Source: Candidatus Kaelpia imicola
GTDB lineage: Bacteria > Omnitrophota > Gorgyraeia > Kaelpiales > Kaelpiaceae
Length of the DNA stretch: 59,676 bases
Direction: 5' to 3'
Assembly (NCBI GenBank): GCA_030765505.1
Contig: JAVCCL010000008.1
Location: 1-59,676, forward strand
Shown here: in pieces, positions 9,287 through 19,927 of the stretch
Layout of the letters: the number at the start of each line of letters is the position of its first letter
How positions within the stretch are numbered: the first letter of the stretch is position 1
The notes under the pieces: generated by a model
What the model saw: the letters and a program-made list of their open reading frames with translations, nothing else
Told to the model about the DNA's origin: nothing
Databases searched by the model: none
Position numbers and translations under genes: made by a program

Positions 9287-11261
9287 AAGGATTCACATCA
9301 ACTATTATATTAACACCTTCCAGACGCCTATTGTAACCAATAATGCTATACAGGAGCCTGGATATTTGTTCAGCGTTTTTAGTTTTAGATATCAGGTTCC
9401 AGCGGTAAACATCTTTCCTCTTTTTAACAGGGCTAGGCGCAGGTCCCAAAACATCAACCATGCCGCCTGAAGACTCTATCAGCTTAGCCTTGATCTTCTC
9501 TGCAACTTCTTTGACTTTTCTCTCATCTTTATGACGAAACTCTATCTTAATCAATTCAGAGAAAGGTGGAAAACCGATCTCCTCTCTTCTCCTTATCTCC
9601 TCAGCATAAAAACTCTCGTAGTCATGGTCTACGCTTGTCTTAATAGTAAAATGCTCCGGATTATAGGTCTGGATTATAACTGAACCTCTGTTATCCCCTC
9701 GTCCGGACCGCCCGGCAACCTGCGTAATAAGAGAGAACGTTCTCTCTCCGGCTCTAAAATCAAGTATGTTTAACGATAGGTCGGCCAAGATAACACCAAC
9801 AAGCTCAACATGAGGAAAGTCATGTCCTTTGGCCACTATCTGAGTACCTACTAAGATATCGATCTTCTTAGCTCTAAACTGACTGATAATATCATCTAAC
9901 TTACCTCTCTTGGCCAGAGAATCCGAATCAAGCCGCTCTGCCCTAACAGAAGGAAAGAGCTTGTATAGCTCAGAGAGAACCCTCTGAGTACCTATACCTC
10001 GCAAACTCAAATATCTATTATGACACTGAGGACATACTTCAGGAAGATTATCTCTATAGTTACAATAATGACATATCAGGTCTTTTGTTTTCATATGGTA
10101 GGTCAAAGTCAGATCACATCTTTTACACTTTGCAACATAACCGCAATTCTGACAGTAGATAAACGTAGAGAAACCCCGTCTATTCAGAAAGAGTATTGCC
10201 TGCATATCTCTGCTTAAAACTTCCTCCAGTTTGCTTCTTAAAGGGGGTGTAAATATCATATTGCCTATGCTTTTCTTTTTCACTGTCTTTAAATCTACGA
10301 CACCGACCACAGGAAGACTCTGATTCTTAACTCGTTCGGGAAGCTTAAGCAGAACATGTTCTCCACTCTGAGCCTTATGGTAAGATTCCAGTGCCGGTGT
10401 TGCTGAGCCTAAGATAAGAGGACAGTTATTTATCTGGGCCCTCTTTAATGCCACCTCTCTGGCATGATAGCGCGGAGTCTCATTCTGCTTATAGCTTGAG
10501 TCATGCTCTTCATCTATGACTATAAGCCCAAGATTTTCAAGCGGAGCAAAGACAGCTGATCTGGTACCAATAGAAATTCTATTTGTTTCGTCTTTTAATT
10601 TTTTCCACTCTTTAAAACGCTGAGCTTCGGTTAAACGACTATGGAGCACGGATATCTTATCTCCCAGACACTTTTTGAACCTGGATATAGTCTGAGGGGT
10701 TAAGGCAATCTCCGGAACAAGAACTATAGCAGATTGACCTCTATCCAAAACCTCTTCGATTACTCTGATATAAACTTCGGTCTTCCCTGAACCAGTAACA
10801 CCATGGAGGAGAAAACTATTAAAAGAACCAAGACTTCTATTTATCGTCTTTAAAACTTCTTTCTGATCTTTTGTTAAAACAGTAGGTCTTATGAAACTAT
10901 CGTCAGCCAAAGAGAGATAATCCTTTCTCGGCCCATAACTCTCCCTGCCTTTTCTCAAAACAGAAGGTACTATCGCTTCAATGGCCTCTCCCCAGCTGCT
11001 GTAATAATAGGATGAGATCCACTCACTTAGCTGAAGCATCTCTCTATTAAGAAACGGTTTATCATCAAGCAGTTCAACAATATCTTTTAACCCCGGAAAA
11101 CTCTTACCGCTTTCATCGATACCTACAATATAACCTACTCTAATACTATTTCTAAAAGGGGCTTTTACGCGGGAGCCTATCTCCACCTTGGATATATCAG
11201 GAGGCAAAGAATAAGAGAACACCCTATCTACAGCTAACCCGAAAACTACATTTATAAGCAT
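9276..11261 (-). CDS. priA: Primosomal protein N' (replication restart helicase PriA)
   Basis: 661 aa with LLHGVTGSGKTEVY, DEEHD and a Cys-rich zinc insertion (CQNCGY...CKRCD...CHYC...CPQC). Confidence 0.92.
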   Translation of the reverse strand: MLINVVFGLAVDRVFSYSLPPDISKVEIGSRVKAPFRNSIRVGYIVGIDESGKSFPGLKDIVELLDDKPFLNREMLQLSEWISSYYYSSWGEAIEAIVPSVLRKGRESYGPRKDYLSLADDSFIRPTVLTKDQKEVLKTINRSLGSFNSFLLHGVTGSGKTEVYIRVIEEVLDRGQSAIVLVPEIALTPQTISRFKKCLGDKISVLHSRLTEAQRFKEWKKLKDETNRISIGTRSAVFAPLENLGLIVIDEEHDSSYKQNETPRYHAREVALKRAQINNCPLILGSATPALESYHKAQSGEHVLLKLPERVKNQSLPVVGVVDLKTVKKKSIGNMIFTPPLRSKLEEVLSRDMQAILFLNRRGFSTFIYCQNCGYVAKCKRCDLTLTYHMKTKDLICHYCNYRDNLPEVCPQCHNRYLSLRGIGTQRVLSELYKLFPSVRAERLDSDSLAKRGKLDDIISQFRAKKIDILVGTQIVAKGHDFPHVELVGVILADLSLNILDFRAGERTFSLITQVAGRSGRGDNRGSVIIQTYNPEHFTIKTSVDHDYESFYAEEIRRREEIGFPPFSELIKIEFRHKDERKVKEVAEKIKAKLIESSGGMVDVLGPAPSPVKKRKDVYRWNLISKTKNAEQISRLLYSIIGYNRRLEGVNIIVDVNPYEL

Positions 11262-11314
11262 CTTATCTATTATTTTAAGTTAAGAATATCTCTTCGACAA
11301 AAAACTTCTCTTCC

Positions 11315-11923
11315 CTATTTTCCGGCTTTAGTATCCGGAACCAGTAAATCAAGCTCAGCCAAGACCTTCTTCATATCATCCCAAGTCAGCTTCTTTGCCT
11401 TGGGATTCATAAGAAGATATGCCGGATGGAATGTTGGAATAACAGGTATACCTCTAAACTCCAAGAGCTTACCCCGCTCTTTTGTGATAGAGAAACTCTT
11501 CCCAAAAAAAGTAATCCCTGCAACCCGCCCTAAAACAACTATCATCTCCGGCGCTATAATATCCAGCTGCATAAAAAGATAGTGAATACACTCCTCAACT
11601 TCATGAGGATGAGGATCTCTATTTTCAGGAGGCCTGCATTTAAGTATGTTTGTTATATATACCTCCTCTCTCTTAAGACCCATCGCGCTTATGATCTTCG
11701 TCAGTAATTGACCGGATCTACCCACAAATGGACGAGACTGCATGTCCTCATCAGCTCCAGGAGCCTCTCCAATAAAGAGCAGACGTGCATCAGGATTACC
11801 CTCGCCAAAGACAACGTTATTCCTGCTTAAATGGAGCGCACACTTCTTACACTTCTCTACCTTCCCGCAGAGACCATCTAAATAATAACTCTTACTTTCA
11901 GGTATAATAAAATCTTTTTTCAT
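11315..11923 (-). CDS. Uracil-DNA glycosylase, family 4
   Basis: 202 aa with GEGNPDARLLFIGEAPGADED, FVGRSG and HPAYLL. Confidence 0.88.
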   Translation of the reverse strand: MKKDFIIPESKSYYLDGLCGKVEKCKKCALHLSRNNVVFGEGNPDARLLFIGEAPGADEDMQSRPFVGRSGQLLTKIISAMGLKREEVYITNILKCRPPENRDPHPHEVEECIHYLFMQLDIIAPEMIVVLGRVAGITFFGKSFSITKERGKLLEFRGIPVIPTFHPAYLLMNPKAKKLTWDDMKKVLAELDLLVPDTKAGK

Positions 11924-12471
11924 TTTAAAATTATACTCTTAACAGCATCATATAGATCTTTAGCCACAAAATCTGCTCCAGCATTAACGTTAAAGATACT
12001 ATCTATTTTAATCTTACCGCTTAAAACAAGAATCGAACTCATTCCGAAATTCCTGGCGCTCTCTACATCTCTCCTGGTATCACCTATGTAAAAAAGACCT
12101 CCTCTCTCTATACCGCTATAGTTATCCATAACCTCTTCAAACATCTTTGTCTTAGGCTTCCTGCATTCACAACCGTCGGAATCCTGATGCAAACAATACT
12201 TTATACCTTTCAGCTTTACTCCGTATTTATACAGCTCATCTTCCATGGCAAAGGTAATACTGTTAAGTATCTCTTCTGAATAAAATCCTTTGCTGACCCC
12301 GGCCTGATTCGATATTAAATAGATATCATAACCATTTTCTATTAAAAGCTTTAAAGCTCTGGCTACACAAGGAAGAATCTCAAACTGTTCAACACTTCTT
12401 ACATAATCAGAGCCAAAAGCTGACGGCTCCCTATTTATAACCCCATCACGGTCAAGAAATATAGGTCTCAT
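11920..12471 (-). CDS. gmhB: HAD-IIIA phosphatase, D,D-heptose 1,7-bisphosphate phosphatase-like
   Basis: 183 aa with FLDRDGVIN, SNQAGV and a Cys cluster (CLHQDSDGCECRKP). Confidence 0.78.
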   Translation of the reverse strand: MRPIFLDRDGVINREPSAFGSDYVRSVEQFEILPCVARALKLLIENGYDIYLISNQAGVSKGFYSEEILNSITFAMEDELYKYGVKLKGIKYCLHQDSDGCECRKPKTKMFEEVMDNYSGIERGGLFYIGDTRRDVESARNFGMSSILVLSGKIKIDSIFNVNAGADFVAKDLYDAVKSIILK

Positions 12472-12474
12472 ACT

Positions 12475-13512
12475 TTAAAAAAGCTCTCTATTTTTATTTA
12501 CCCATTCAGCAAGACAACTTAAACCCTTATCCAGCTTTATAGACGGGGCCCAGTTAAGTTCATCTTTCAACTTGGTAATATCAGATATATACACCTTCTG
12601 ATCGGAAGGCCGCCAATCTGAAAAAGCTCTATCCATCTTAAGAGAGAGAGAACCCTCAAGAAGAGTGAGATACTCAAGAAGCGATATAGTATTCTCAGGA
12701 CCGCCGCCGATATTATAAAGCCCGGATTTTTTGCCTGAAAGATGGAAAGCATTAAAAGCTCTTACCAGGTCATCCACAAAGAGAACATCTCTGACCTGCT
12801 TCCCATCTCCGTAGATAGTTATCTTCTTACCCGTAACAGCAGCTATAAGAAACCAGGCCAGCCAACCTTGGTCTTCAAAGCCAAACTGGCGTCTTCCGTA
12901 GATACAACTCATTCTAAAGATACAGCCTTTAATATTGTAACTATCTATATATTCCTGCAGATAGATATCTCCTACGTATTTACTTACGCCATATGGAGTA
13001 TGCGGAACGAGGTCTATACCTGTAGTTTCAGAGATCCCCTCTATATCTTTAAAAGAGTATCTCTTTTCGGTTTCGACTAATTCGTAATTAGATACATTCT
13101 CGCCGTAGACCTTATTTGTAGAGCAGAATATAAAAGAGGCTCCAGGAGCATGCTTCCTTGTCGCCTCCAGCATATTAAAAGTCCCTACTGCGTTAATACT
13201 GAAATCTTCAGCCGGATTCTGTATTGAATATCCAACACCCGGTTGAGCTGCAGCATGTACTATGAGCTCAAAATCGTTTTTCTTAAAAACCTCTTCTAAG
13301 CCATCCCTATCTCTGATATCAAGATAGATTCTCTCAATATTTTTAAAACCAGAAAGATATTCCCAGTTATATTCAACTGATTTTTTGTCGCTTCCAAAAA
13401 GTTTTGAACGCATGAGATTATCTACCCCCACAATTTCATTGCCTTCTTCAGCATAAAACTCAGCACAATGAGAACCAACCATCCCGGCAGCACCTGAAAT
13501 CAACACCTTCAT
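12475..13512 (-). CDS. NAD-dependent sugar epimerase/dehydratase (extended SDR)
   Basis: 345 aa with GAAGMVGSH and YGVSKYVGD (YxxxK). Confidence 0.85.
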   Translation of the reverse strand: MKVLISGAAGMVGSHCAEFYAEEGNEIVGVDNLMRSKLFGSDKKSVEYNWEYLSGFKNIERIYLDIRDRDGLEEVFKKNDFELIVHAAAQPGVGYSIQNPAEDFSINAVGTFNMLEATRKHAPGASFIFCSTNKVYGENVSNYELVETEKRYSFKDIEGISETTGIDLVPHTPYGVSKYVGDIYLQEYIDSYNIKGCIFRMSCIYGRRQFGFEDQGWLAWFLIAAVTGKKITIYGDGKQVRDVLFVDDLVRAFNAFHLSGKKSGLYNIGGGPENTISLLEYLTLLEGSLSLKMDRAFSDWRPSDQKVYISDITKLKDELNWAPSIKLDKGLSCLAEWVNKNRELF

Positions 13513-13517
13513 ACTTT

Positions 13518-14399
13518 TTAAGCACTCCTCCCTTTAAGAAGTTTAATCAGTTCAACCAAGACTTCGTTCTCTTTTTTAAAGACTTTAATATCCGAAATAG
13601 CCTTCTTGGTATACTCATTTATCTTATTCTTGGCTTCTCTCTCTCCTATTACAGATATGTAATTTGGACTTACATCGGTCCTAAAGGAGGTTTTTCCGGT
13701 CTTTGACACTACACCTTTAAGAGCCAGGAAGTCATCACTTATTTGAAAGATCATACCGAAAGATTCAGCATAACTTATTAATGCATCCACTTGATCTTTT
13801 TTGAGGCCGCAAAGCAATGCGGCTACCTTAGAAGAGAGGATGAAAAGAGAGGAAGTCTTCCTTTTGTGAATCTCCTCTATCTCTTTTTTATTTATATTTT
13901 TAGAGGAGAGTGTCAAATCTAAAAACTGCCCCAACATTACACCCTCTTTACCTATCTCTTCAAAAACATCTCGATTTATCTCTATAAGCTGCTCTCTATC
14001 TTCCAGCAATTTTATAAGATCCTCTGTTATCAGCTTAAGTCCGTCCAGCATAAGAATATTGGCTGCCAAAATAGCAGTCGACTCTCCGTAGACTTTATGC
14101 AAAGCAGGCTTACCGCGCCTGAGCAAAGCATCGTCCATGGAAGGCAGATCATCGAATATAAGAGTGCTGGAGTGAATCATTTCGATTCCAGCTGCTGCAT
14201 TGAGTACTCTTTCAAGTCCTACTCCGGCTAAATCGGCTATAGCAAGCATAATGATAGGCCTTATCCTCTTACCGCCCTTAAACATAGAGAACCATAATGC
14301 CTCATGAATTTTCTCAGGCTGATCATGAATTGGAAAAACACATTTGATATATTCATCAATAAGTTCTTTTCTCTGCCTTAAATACACCTTGATATTCAT
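13518..14399 (-). CDS. Polyprenyl diphosphate synthase (FPP/GGPP synthase type)
   Basis: 293 aa with the two Asp-rich motifs FDDLPSMDD and SDDFLA. Confidence 0.88.
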   Translation of the reverse strand: MNIKVYLRQRKELIDEYIKCVFPIHDQPEKIHEALWFSMFKGGKRIRPIIMLAIADLAGVGLERVLNAAAGIEMIHSSTLIFDDLPSMDDALLRRGKPALHKVYGESTAILAANILMLDGLKLITEDLIKLLEDREQLIEINRDVFEEIGKEGVMLGQFLDLTLSSKNINKKEIEEIHKRKTSSLFILSSKVAALLCGLKKDQVDALISYAESFGMIFQISDDFLALKGVVSKTGKTSFRTDVSPNYISVIGEREAKNKINEYTKKAISDIKVFKKENEVLVELIKLLKGRSA

Positions 14400-14467
14400 A
14401 TAATCACCTCACACTTTTTCTAAATATTCAACAAGAGCTTTAGCCTCTTAATATCAACCCCCCTCTA

Positions 14468-15817
14468 TCATATATCTCTCTTGCCCCCAACAGGCTTACC
14501 CAGTGCGGAACTGCCGAAAGGAAGATATAAGAACCCGTAGCTTTCAACCTCTGAATGCTTATAGAAATTTCTTCCGTCAACGATAAAAGCAAGATTCATA
14601 ATCTCTTTTAATTTTTTGAAATCAATATCTCTAAAGTCATCCCATTCTGTTGTAAGCAAAATACAGTCTGCGTCTTTAGCCGCTTCATATTTATCGACGA
14701 CATAGCTTATCCTATCTTTAAATACCCCTCTTAGTTTCTCCAGCGCTTGAGGGTCAACCGCTACAACTATAGCACCCTCTTTAAGTAAAGCCTCTATAAT
14801 ATCTATCGCCGGAGCACCTCTTATATCATCTGTCTGGGGTTTAAAAGATACACCCCAGAGAACTATTCTTTTATCTTTTAGTATCCAGAGCCCTTCCTTT
14901 ATCTTTTTTAAGACAAGTTGACGTTGTTCTTCATTTATCTTTCTCACTTCTTTAAGTAAGCTGAAATCATAACCCAGCACCTCAGAGATATGGATAAACG
15001 CATCAACATCTTTAGGGAAACAACTGCCGCCATAACCAATGCCGGCCTTTAAGAACCTCTCTCCTATTCTCTTATCCATACCCATGCCTTCTGCAACTTT
15101 ATCAACATCTGCTCCGACCATCTCAGATATTCTGGATACCGCATTTATAAAAGAGATCTTGAGGGCCAAAAATGAATTAGAAGCATGCTTTATAAGCTCA
15201 GCACTCTTAATATCGGTAACAATGATAGGGGCTGCCAACGGATTATAGAGAGAGAATAATAGATCTCTGGCCTTAGAGCTATCGACTCCTATAACTATTC
15301 TATCAGGATGCAGAAAATCAGCTACTGCTGAACCCTCTCTTAAAAATTCCGGGTTCGACGCAACATCGAAATCAACCTCACCTTTGATATAGAGCTGCAT
15401 AGCCTGCCTTACTTTTTCACCTGTCTCAACAGGCACAGTCGACTTCTCGACTATTAAACGGTAAGAGTCCATATTAACGGCAATCTCTCTGGCAACGTTT
15501 TCAACATAACTTAAATCAGCTTCACCGTTAGGTTTAGGCGGGGTTCCTACGGCTATAAATATTATCAGACCATAATCAACCGCCTCTTTAAGCGAACTAC
15601 TAAATCTAAGACGGCCTTCCTGTTGATTCTTTAAAAGCAGCTCTTTTAACCCCGGCTCATATATCGGAATCTTACCTTTTTCAATCTCGGCTATCTTGGG
15701 CTTATCTACATCCATGCAGAGAACATTATGACCCAGTTCAGCTAAAGCTACGCCTGTAACCAATCCTACATAACCAGAACCTATAACTGATACATTGAGT
15801 CTATCTTTTAGTTTCAC
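14468..15817 (-). CDS. ugd: UDP-glucose 6-dehydrogenase
   Basis: 449 aa with IGSGYVGLVTG and GYGGSCFPKD. Confidence 0.9.
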   Translation of the reverse strand: MKLKDRLNVSVIGSGYVGLVTGVALAELGHNVLCMDVDKPKIAEIEKGKIPIYEPGLKELLLKNQQEGRLRFSSSLKEAVDYGLIIFIAVGTPPKPNGEADLSYVENVAREIAVNMDSYRLIVEKSTVPVETGEKVRQAMQLYIKGEVDFDVASNPEFLREGSAVADFLHPDRIVIGVDSSKARDLLFSLYNPLAAPIIVTDIKSAELIKHASNSFLALKISFINAVSRISEMVGADVDKVAEGMGMDKRIGERFLKAGIGYGGSCFPKDVDAFIHISEVLGYDFSLLKEVRKINEEQRQLVLKKIKEGLWILKDKRIVLWGVSFKPQTDDIRGAPAIDIIEALLKEGAIVVAVDPQALEKLRGVFKDRISYVVDKYEAAKDADCILLTTEWDDFRDIDFKKLKEIMNLAFIVDGRNFYKHSEVESYGFLYLPFGSSALGKPVGGKRDI

Positions 15818-15862
15818 AGTTTAACCCTGTTTCTGAAATTAGACTAATATTATACCAGAAAA

Positions 15863-16735
15863 TTAAAGAATAACAATATCTTCGGGTTTCTCCCAGAATC
15901 TCTGAAAGAAGAACCACTGCTCGGGGTAATCTCTAAGATATCCCTCCACAACCCTGTTGACATCAGCTATAATTCTATGCATCTCATTAAGAGTAAAGCT
16001 CTTGTAGATAAAAGGTCCTTTGATTATAGTCTTATAACCCAAGCCATCTCTAACTGTAGTTACAACAAAGAGAGGGACTTGAGCACGTAAAGAGATTAAA
16101 AAAGGGGCTTTCGGGAAATAGCAATCTCTACCAAAAAGTCTGCCTTTTATAGAGTTGCCCGTAAAATCACGGTCGCTTAAAAGACCAAGAATCTTACCCT
16201 CCTTAAGCTTCTTGAGGCAGATATTTAAGGAGTCCTTAAAGGGGAGCTCTTCAATTCCAAGCATCCTCCTCTGCCGTTTAAAGAATCTGTCTACATATTT
16301 TATAGAGTGGTCCAATGCAACAGCCGAGACAGGATAGCCCAGATAAGATAAGTAGCCTCCGGAAAATTCCCAGTTACCAAGATGCATGCCTAGGCCTATA
16401 ACACCGCTATGGGAAATCTTAAAAGATTCCCGAATCACCTCTTCTCCCTCAACCCTAAAATAGTTCTTAAAAAACTTTTCGTCCCTAGATCTATCTCTCA
16501 TAAAATCAACCAAGTAGAATGCAAAATTCTTGAAAAGTTTTCTAACGGAGGACTCCTTGAAATCGGATCCCATAACGGCTTTGAGGTTATCACGTATTGC
16601 AGCCGTACTTTCCCCGGCAAAAAAATAGTATACGAAAGAGAGTACCTGAGCAAGCTCTATAGCAAGCGAACGCGGTAAAAGTTTAAGCAGGTTTATAAAA
16701 AAAGGGTAGAAAATCTTTACAGCAATCCTATACAT
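15863..16735 (-). CDS. Lipid A biosynthesis (LpxL/HtrB-like) lysophospholipid acyltransferase
   Basis: 290 aa with the HLGNWE acyltransferase motif. Size and N-terminal membrane anchor are typical of the family. Confidence 0.72.
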   Translation of the reverse strand: MYRIAVKIFYPFFINLLKLLPRSLAIELAQVLSFVYYFFAGESTAAIRDNLKAVMGSDFKESSVRKLFKNFAFYLVDFMRDRSRDEKFFKNYFRVEGEEVIRESFKISHSGVIGLGMHLGNWEFSGGYLSYLGYPVSAVALDHSIKYVDRFFKRQRRMLGIEELPFKDSLNICLKKLKEGKILGLLSDRDFTGNSIKGRLFGRDCYFPKAPFLISLRAQVPLFVVTTVRDGLGYKTIIKGPFIYKSFTLNEMHRIIADVNRVVEGYLRDYPEQWFFFQRFWEKPEDIVIL

Positions 16736-17861
16736 ATCCTATCAGATTGAGTATCTCCCTTGAGATCTTCAAAGAAGAGTCTGGAGATCCTGCCTGTCGA
16801 GCTGAATCCGACATAACAGAGAGCTTATTGCCTTCCTGAAGCAGCTCTTCAACAAGAATACCTATATCTGTTATCCGATCACATCTTATCGCTGCGCCGC
16901 TTTTTAGCAAAAACTCTGTATTACTTATCTCCTGACCAGGTATTGGGTTGAATATGATCATAGGTAATCCTTCGGCTAAAGCTTCGGCAGTGGTTATTCC
17001 GCCAGGTTTCGATATCAATATATCGGCAACAGACATAATCCGATGCATATTCTCAATGTAACCAAAAACCTTAAACGGCTTAATTTTATTTAACCACCTT
17101 GATTTTACCCTAAGATAAAAATGCAGTTTCTTATTTACACCACAGATAGCAACTATCTGAAATCTCTTTGGTGCTTTAGAGAGAGAGTAAACAACCTGTT
17201 TTATTCTTCCCAGACCTCTGCCGCCGCCCATGACAACCACAACCGGCAAACCTGGCTCTAAGTCCAGATCTTTAAAAACCTCATCTCTATCCACTGGTTT
17301 TATAAATTGAGGCGAAATCGGTATCCCATAGACCCTGACACGCTCTTCTTTTATGCCGTTTTTAACCATCTGAACTTTCGTGGATTCATCAGAGACAATA
17401 TAAGAATCAACACTCTCGTAATACCAGAAAGAGTGGGTTACATAATCTGTAGTCACACCTACGATGGGTATATCTATCTTTTTATATTTTTTCAAATCTG
17501 CAACCATACCGCAAGGGAATGCCTGAGTGCAGACAACAATGTCCGGATTTAATTCCGAGAAAAGATTAACCAGTTTTCTGGAGCTATACTTGTGGATCAT
17601 CTTTTTAAGATTCTGAGAACGCCTAACTATATCAGGATTATCATAGAGATATCCCCAGACCTCAGGCCTCCTCCTTATGATCTGCATATAGGTAGTATGA
17701 GTGATTTTATTGAGCACGGGATTGGTGTAACTAAAGGCATCCACGCAGTTGACCTCTATATTACTATCTAATTCAGCAATAGCTTCCTGTAATGCCAACG
17801 CAGCATGATGGTGGCCTGATTTATTAGTTGTATAGAGAATAAGAATGCGACGAGGGCTCAA
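16728..17861 (-). CDS. MGDG-synthase/GT28-family diacylglycerol glycosyltransferase
   Basis: 377 aa. It has an N-terminal ILILYTTNKSGHHHAALAL and a C-terminal GT28-like KPGGITTAEALA. Confidence 0.78.
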   Translation of the reverse strand: MSPRRILILYTTNKSGHHHAALALQEAIAELDSNIEVNCVDAFSYTNPVLNKITHTTYMQIIRRRPEVWGYLYDNPDIVRRSQNLKKMIHKYSSRKLVNLFSELNPDIVVCTQAFPCGMVADLKKYKKIDIPIVGVTTDYVTHSFWYYESVDSYIVSDESTKVQMVKNGIKEERVRVYGIPISPQFIKPVDRDEVFKDLDLEPGLPVVVVMGGGRGLGRIKQVVYSLSKAPKRFQIVAICGVNKKLHFYLRVKSRWLNKIKPFKVFGYIENMHRIMSVADILISKPGGITTAEALAEGLPMIIFNPIPGQEISNTEFLLKSGAAIRCDRITDIGILVEELLQEGNKLSVMSDSARQAGSPDSSLKISREILNLIGYV

Positions 17862-17867
17862 CTCTCT

Positions 17868-19025
17868 CTACTCCTCAAGAAACTGTTCAATCCTGTCTAA
17901 AGCCTCTTTAAGTTTATCGAATTCAGCGGTATAGCATATTCTTATGTAATGCCCGTTATTCTCCGGTCTTCCAAAAGCAACCCCGGGAACAACCGCAACA
18001 TTCTTCTCTTTAAGAAGTCTGTAAGAAAGCTTTTTGCCGTCAAACTTTTCGTTTCCAAGAGAAGCGAATATATAGAAAGCGCCATCCGGATGAGGAAAGC
18101 TGAATCCAAGCTCAATCAACCTCTCCATGACATAATTTCTTCTTCTTAAGTACTCTCTCTTCATATCTCTTAAGGCATTATCTCCTTTTAAGAGAGCCTC
18201 AGAAGCCGCCATCTGAGAGATTATAGGAGCACAGAGCATGGTATATTGATGTATTTTGGCCATGGCTGCGATTACCTCAGGAGGGCCGCAAGCATAACCT
18301 ATACGCCAACCTGTCATAGCATAGGCTTTGGAGAAACCGTTTATATATACGGTTCTACCTTTCATTCCAGGAAGAGTAGAGAAAGGGGTATGCTTAAAAT
18401 CATATGTTAGATCTCCGTAGATCTCATCAGATAAGACTACCAAATCATGCTTTTTAACTATCAGGGCAAGCTCTTTTAGTTCTGACCTCCTGTAGCTCAC
18501 CCCAGTAGGATTAGAAGGATAATTTAAGACCAACAATTTTGTCTTTTTGGTAATAGAGTCCTCTAATAGCTGAGGTGTTATCTTAAAACCATTATCGGTT
18601 GTATTTATATACTTAGGTTTTGCTCCGACAAGTTTTGCAACCTGCAAATAAGAGACATAGCAGGGCTCAGGAATAAGAACCTCATCCCCCGGATTGATCA
18701 GAGCTCTTAAGGCCAGATCATACCCTTCGGATGTTCCCACAGTTATCAAAATCTCATCTTTATGGTTATAGATAAGCTTATATCTCTTTTTAAGATGATT
18801 TGAGATATCAAACCTTAAAGATTCTATTCCCTGATTTGAAGTATAGGAGGTATATCCTTTCTCAAGAGCGTAGATACCTGCCTCCGATATGTTCCACGGC
18901 GTTACGAAATCAGGCTCGCCTATTCCTAAAGATATTATATCCTCCATTCCAAGAACAAGGTCAAAAAACTCCCTTATCCCCGAAGGTGGAATAGACTTTG
19001 CCTTTTTAGATATATCTATATTCAT
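17868..19025 (-). CDS. Class I/II pyridoxal-phosphate aminotransferase (aspartate aminotransferase-like)
   Basis: 385 aa with NYPSNPTG and SKAYAMTGWRIGY (PLP lysine). Confidence 0.88.
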   Translation of the reverse strand: MNIDISKKAKSIPPSGIREFFDLVLGMEDIISLGIGEPDFVTPWNISEAGIYALEKGYTSYTSNQGIESLRFDISNHLKKRYKLIYNHKDEILITVGTSEGYDLALRALINPGDEVLIPEPCYVSYLQVAKLVGAKPKYINTTDNGFKITPQLLEDSITKKTKLLVLNYPSNPTGVSYRRSELKELALIVKKHDLVVLSDEIYGDLTYDFKHTPFSTLPGMKGRTVYINGFSKAYAMTGWRIGYACGPPEVIAAMAKIHQYTMLCAPIISQMAASEALLKGDNALRDMKREYLRRRNYVMERLIELGFSFPHPDGAFYIFASLGNEKFDGKKLSYRLLKEKNVAVVPGVAFGRPENNGHYIRICYTAEFDKLKEALDRIEQFLEE

Positions 19026-19504
19026 AAAGTAATATTCTTTCTGTGGTTACCGCTCTTAGACTCAAATATTACCCCTTCTTCTTTATACTTCTTAAGGAAA
19101 AAATGGGTAACGGTCCCCCTCACCCCTTCCAGTGGAGCAAGTTTCTCGGCAATAAACTGAGATACCTTATGGATATCCTCACCCTCAAGTATCAAAAGAA
19201 GCTCATAAGTGCCGGAGACAAGATAACAGGTCTTGACTTCAGGAAACCTGTAGACCCTCTCTGCGATATAATCAAAACCCAGATTTCTCTTGGGAGTCAC
19301 TTTAACCTCAACAATAGCCCTTACAGGTTTAGCACCCTTTACTCTATCCTCATTTACTATAGCCTTATAGCCAAGTATCACCTTATCTCTTTCCAGTTTT
19401 TTAATATCACTCTTAACCGAAGAGGGTTTACGCTTAAGCAGCTTTGCAATATCCTCCGAGGACAACTTGGCATTCTTCTTAAGTAAGTTTAAAATTTCAT
19501 TCAT
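19022..19504 (-). CDS. Lrp/AsnC-family transcriptional regulator
   Basis: 160 aa with an N-terminal HTH (LSSEDIAKLLKRKPSSVKSDIKKLE) and a C-terminal RAM-like domain. Confidence 0.85.
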   Translation of the reverse strand: MNEILNLLKKNAKLSSEDIAKLLKRKPSSVKSDIKKLERDKVILGYKAIVNEDRVKGAKPVRAIVEVKVTPKRNLGFDYIAERVYRFPEVKTCYLVSGTYELLLILEGEDIHKVSQFIAEKLAPLEGVRGTVTHFFLKKYKEEGVIFESKSGNHRKNITL

Positions 19505-19751
19505 CTTTCACCTCACTTTTTTCTAAAACGGCTATCAGATCGCCCGGCTTAACCACGCTGCCTTCAGGATATTTTAACGTAATAAGCCTGCCTGAGGAAG
19601 GTGCTGTAATATTAAAAGTGGTCTTCTCTGTCGCAAGTTCAAGGATATCTTCTCCTCTAGCCACCATATCTCCTTCCTGATAATGCCAGAATATAACTGT
19701 AAAACTATCTACATCTTCAGTTTTAGGAACCTTAATCTCAATATTTTCCAT
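19497..19751 (-). CDS. Stand-alone biotinyl/lipoyl-attachment-domain protein
   Basis: 84 aa with the hammerhead pattern VARGEDILELATEKTTFNITAPSSG...VKPGDLIA. Confidence 0.6.
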   Translation of the reverse strand: MENIEIKVPKTEDVDSFTVIFWHYQEGDMVARGEDILELATEKTTFNITAPSSGRLITLKYPEGSVVKPGDLIAVLEKSEVKDE

Positions 19752-19927
19752 CCAGAACTCCTTTGATTTTAAAATTCCCGTTCATTATATCAATAGACTC
19801 AAGATTAATACAAGACAATTAGGTCCAAGGTAAAGAATATAGTTATATTTAGATTTATACAGTTGTTAACAATATTTATTCCTGATAAAATGAAGAAGCT
19901 GGGCCTATAATAATCGGCTATCTATTA

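Noticed and set aside
19043-19486. A 147-aa plus-strand ORF.
   Set aside because: It lies entirely antisense to the well-supported Lrp/AsnC gene. It has no SD or family signature.
19752-19927. A possible riboswitch or leader in the divergent intergenic region upstream of the B12-binding radical SAM gene (contains the palindrome TTGTTAACAA).
   Set aside because: I could identify no conserved riboswitch core, for example a cobalamin B12 box. It is most likely just divergent promoters.
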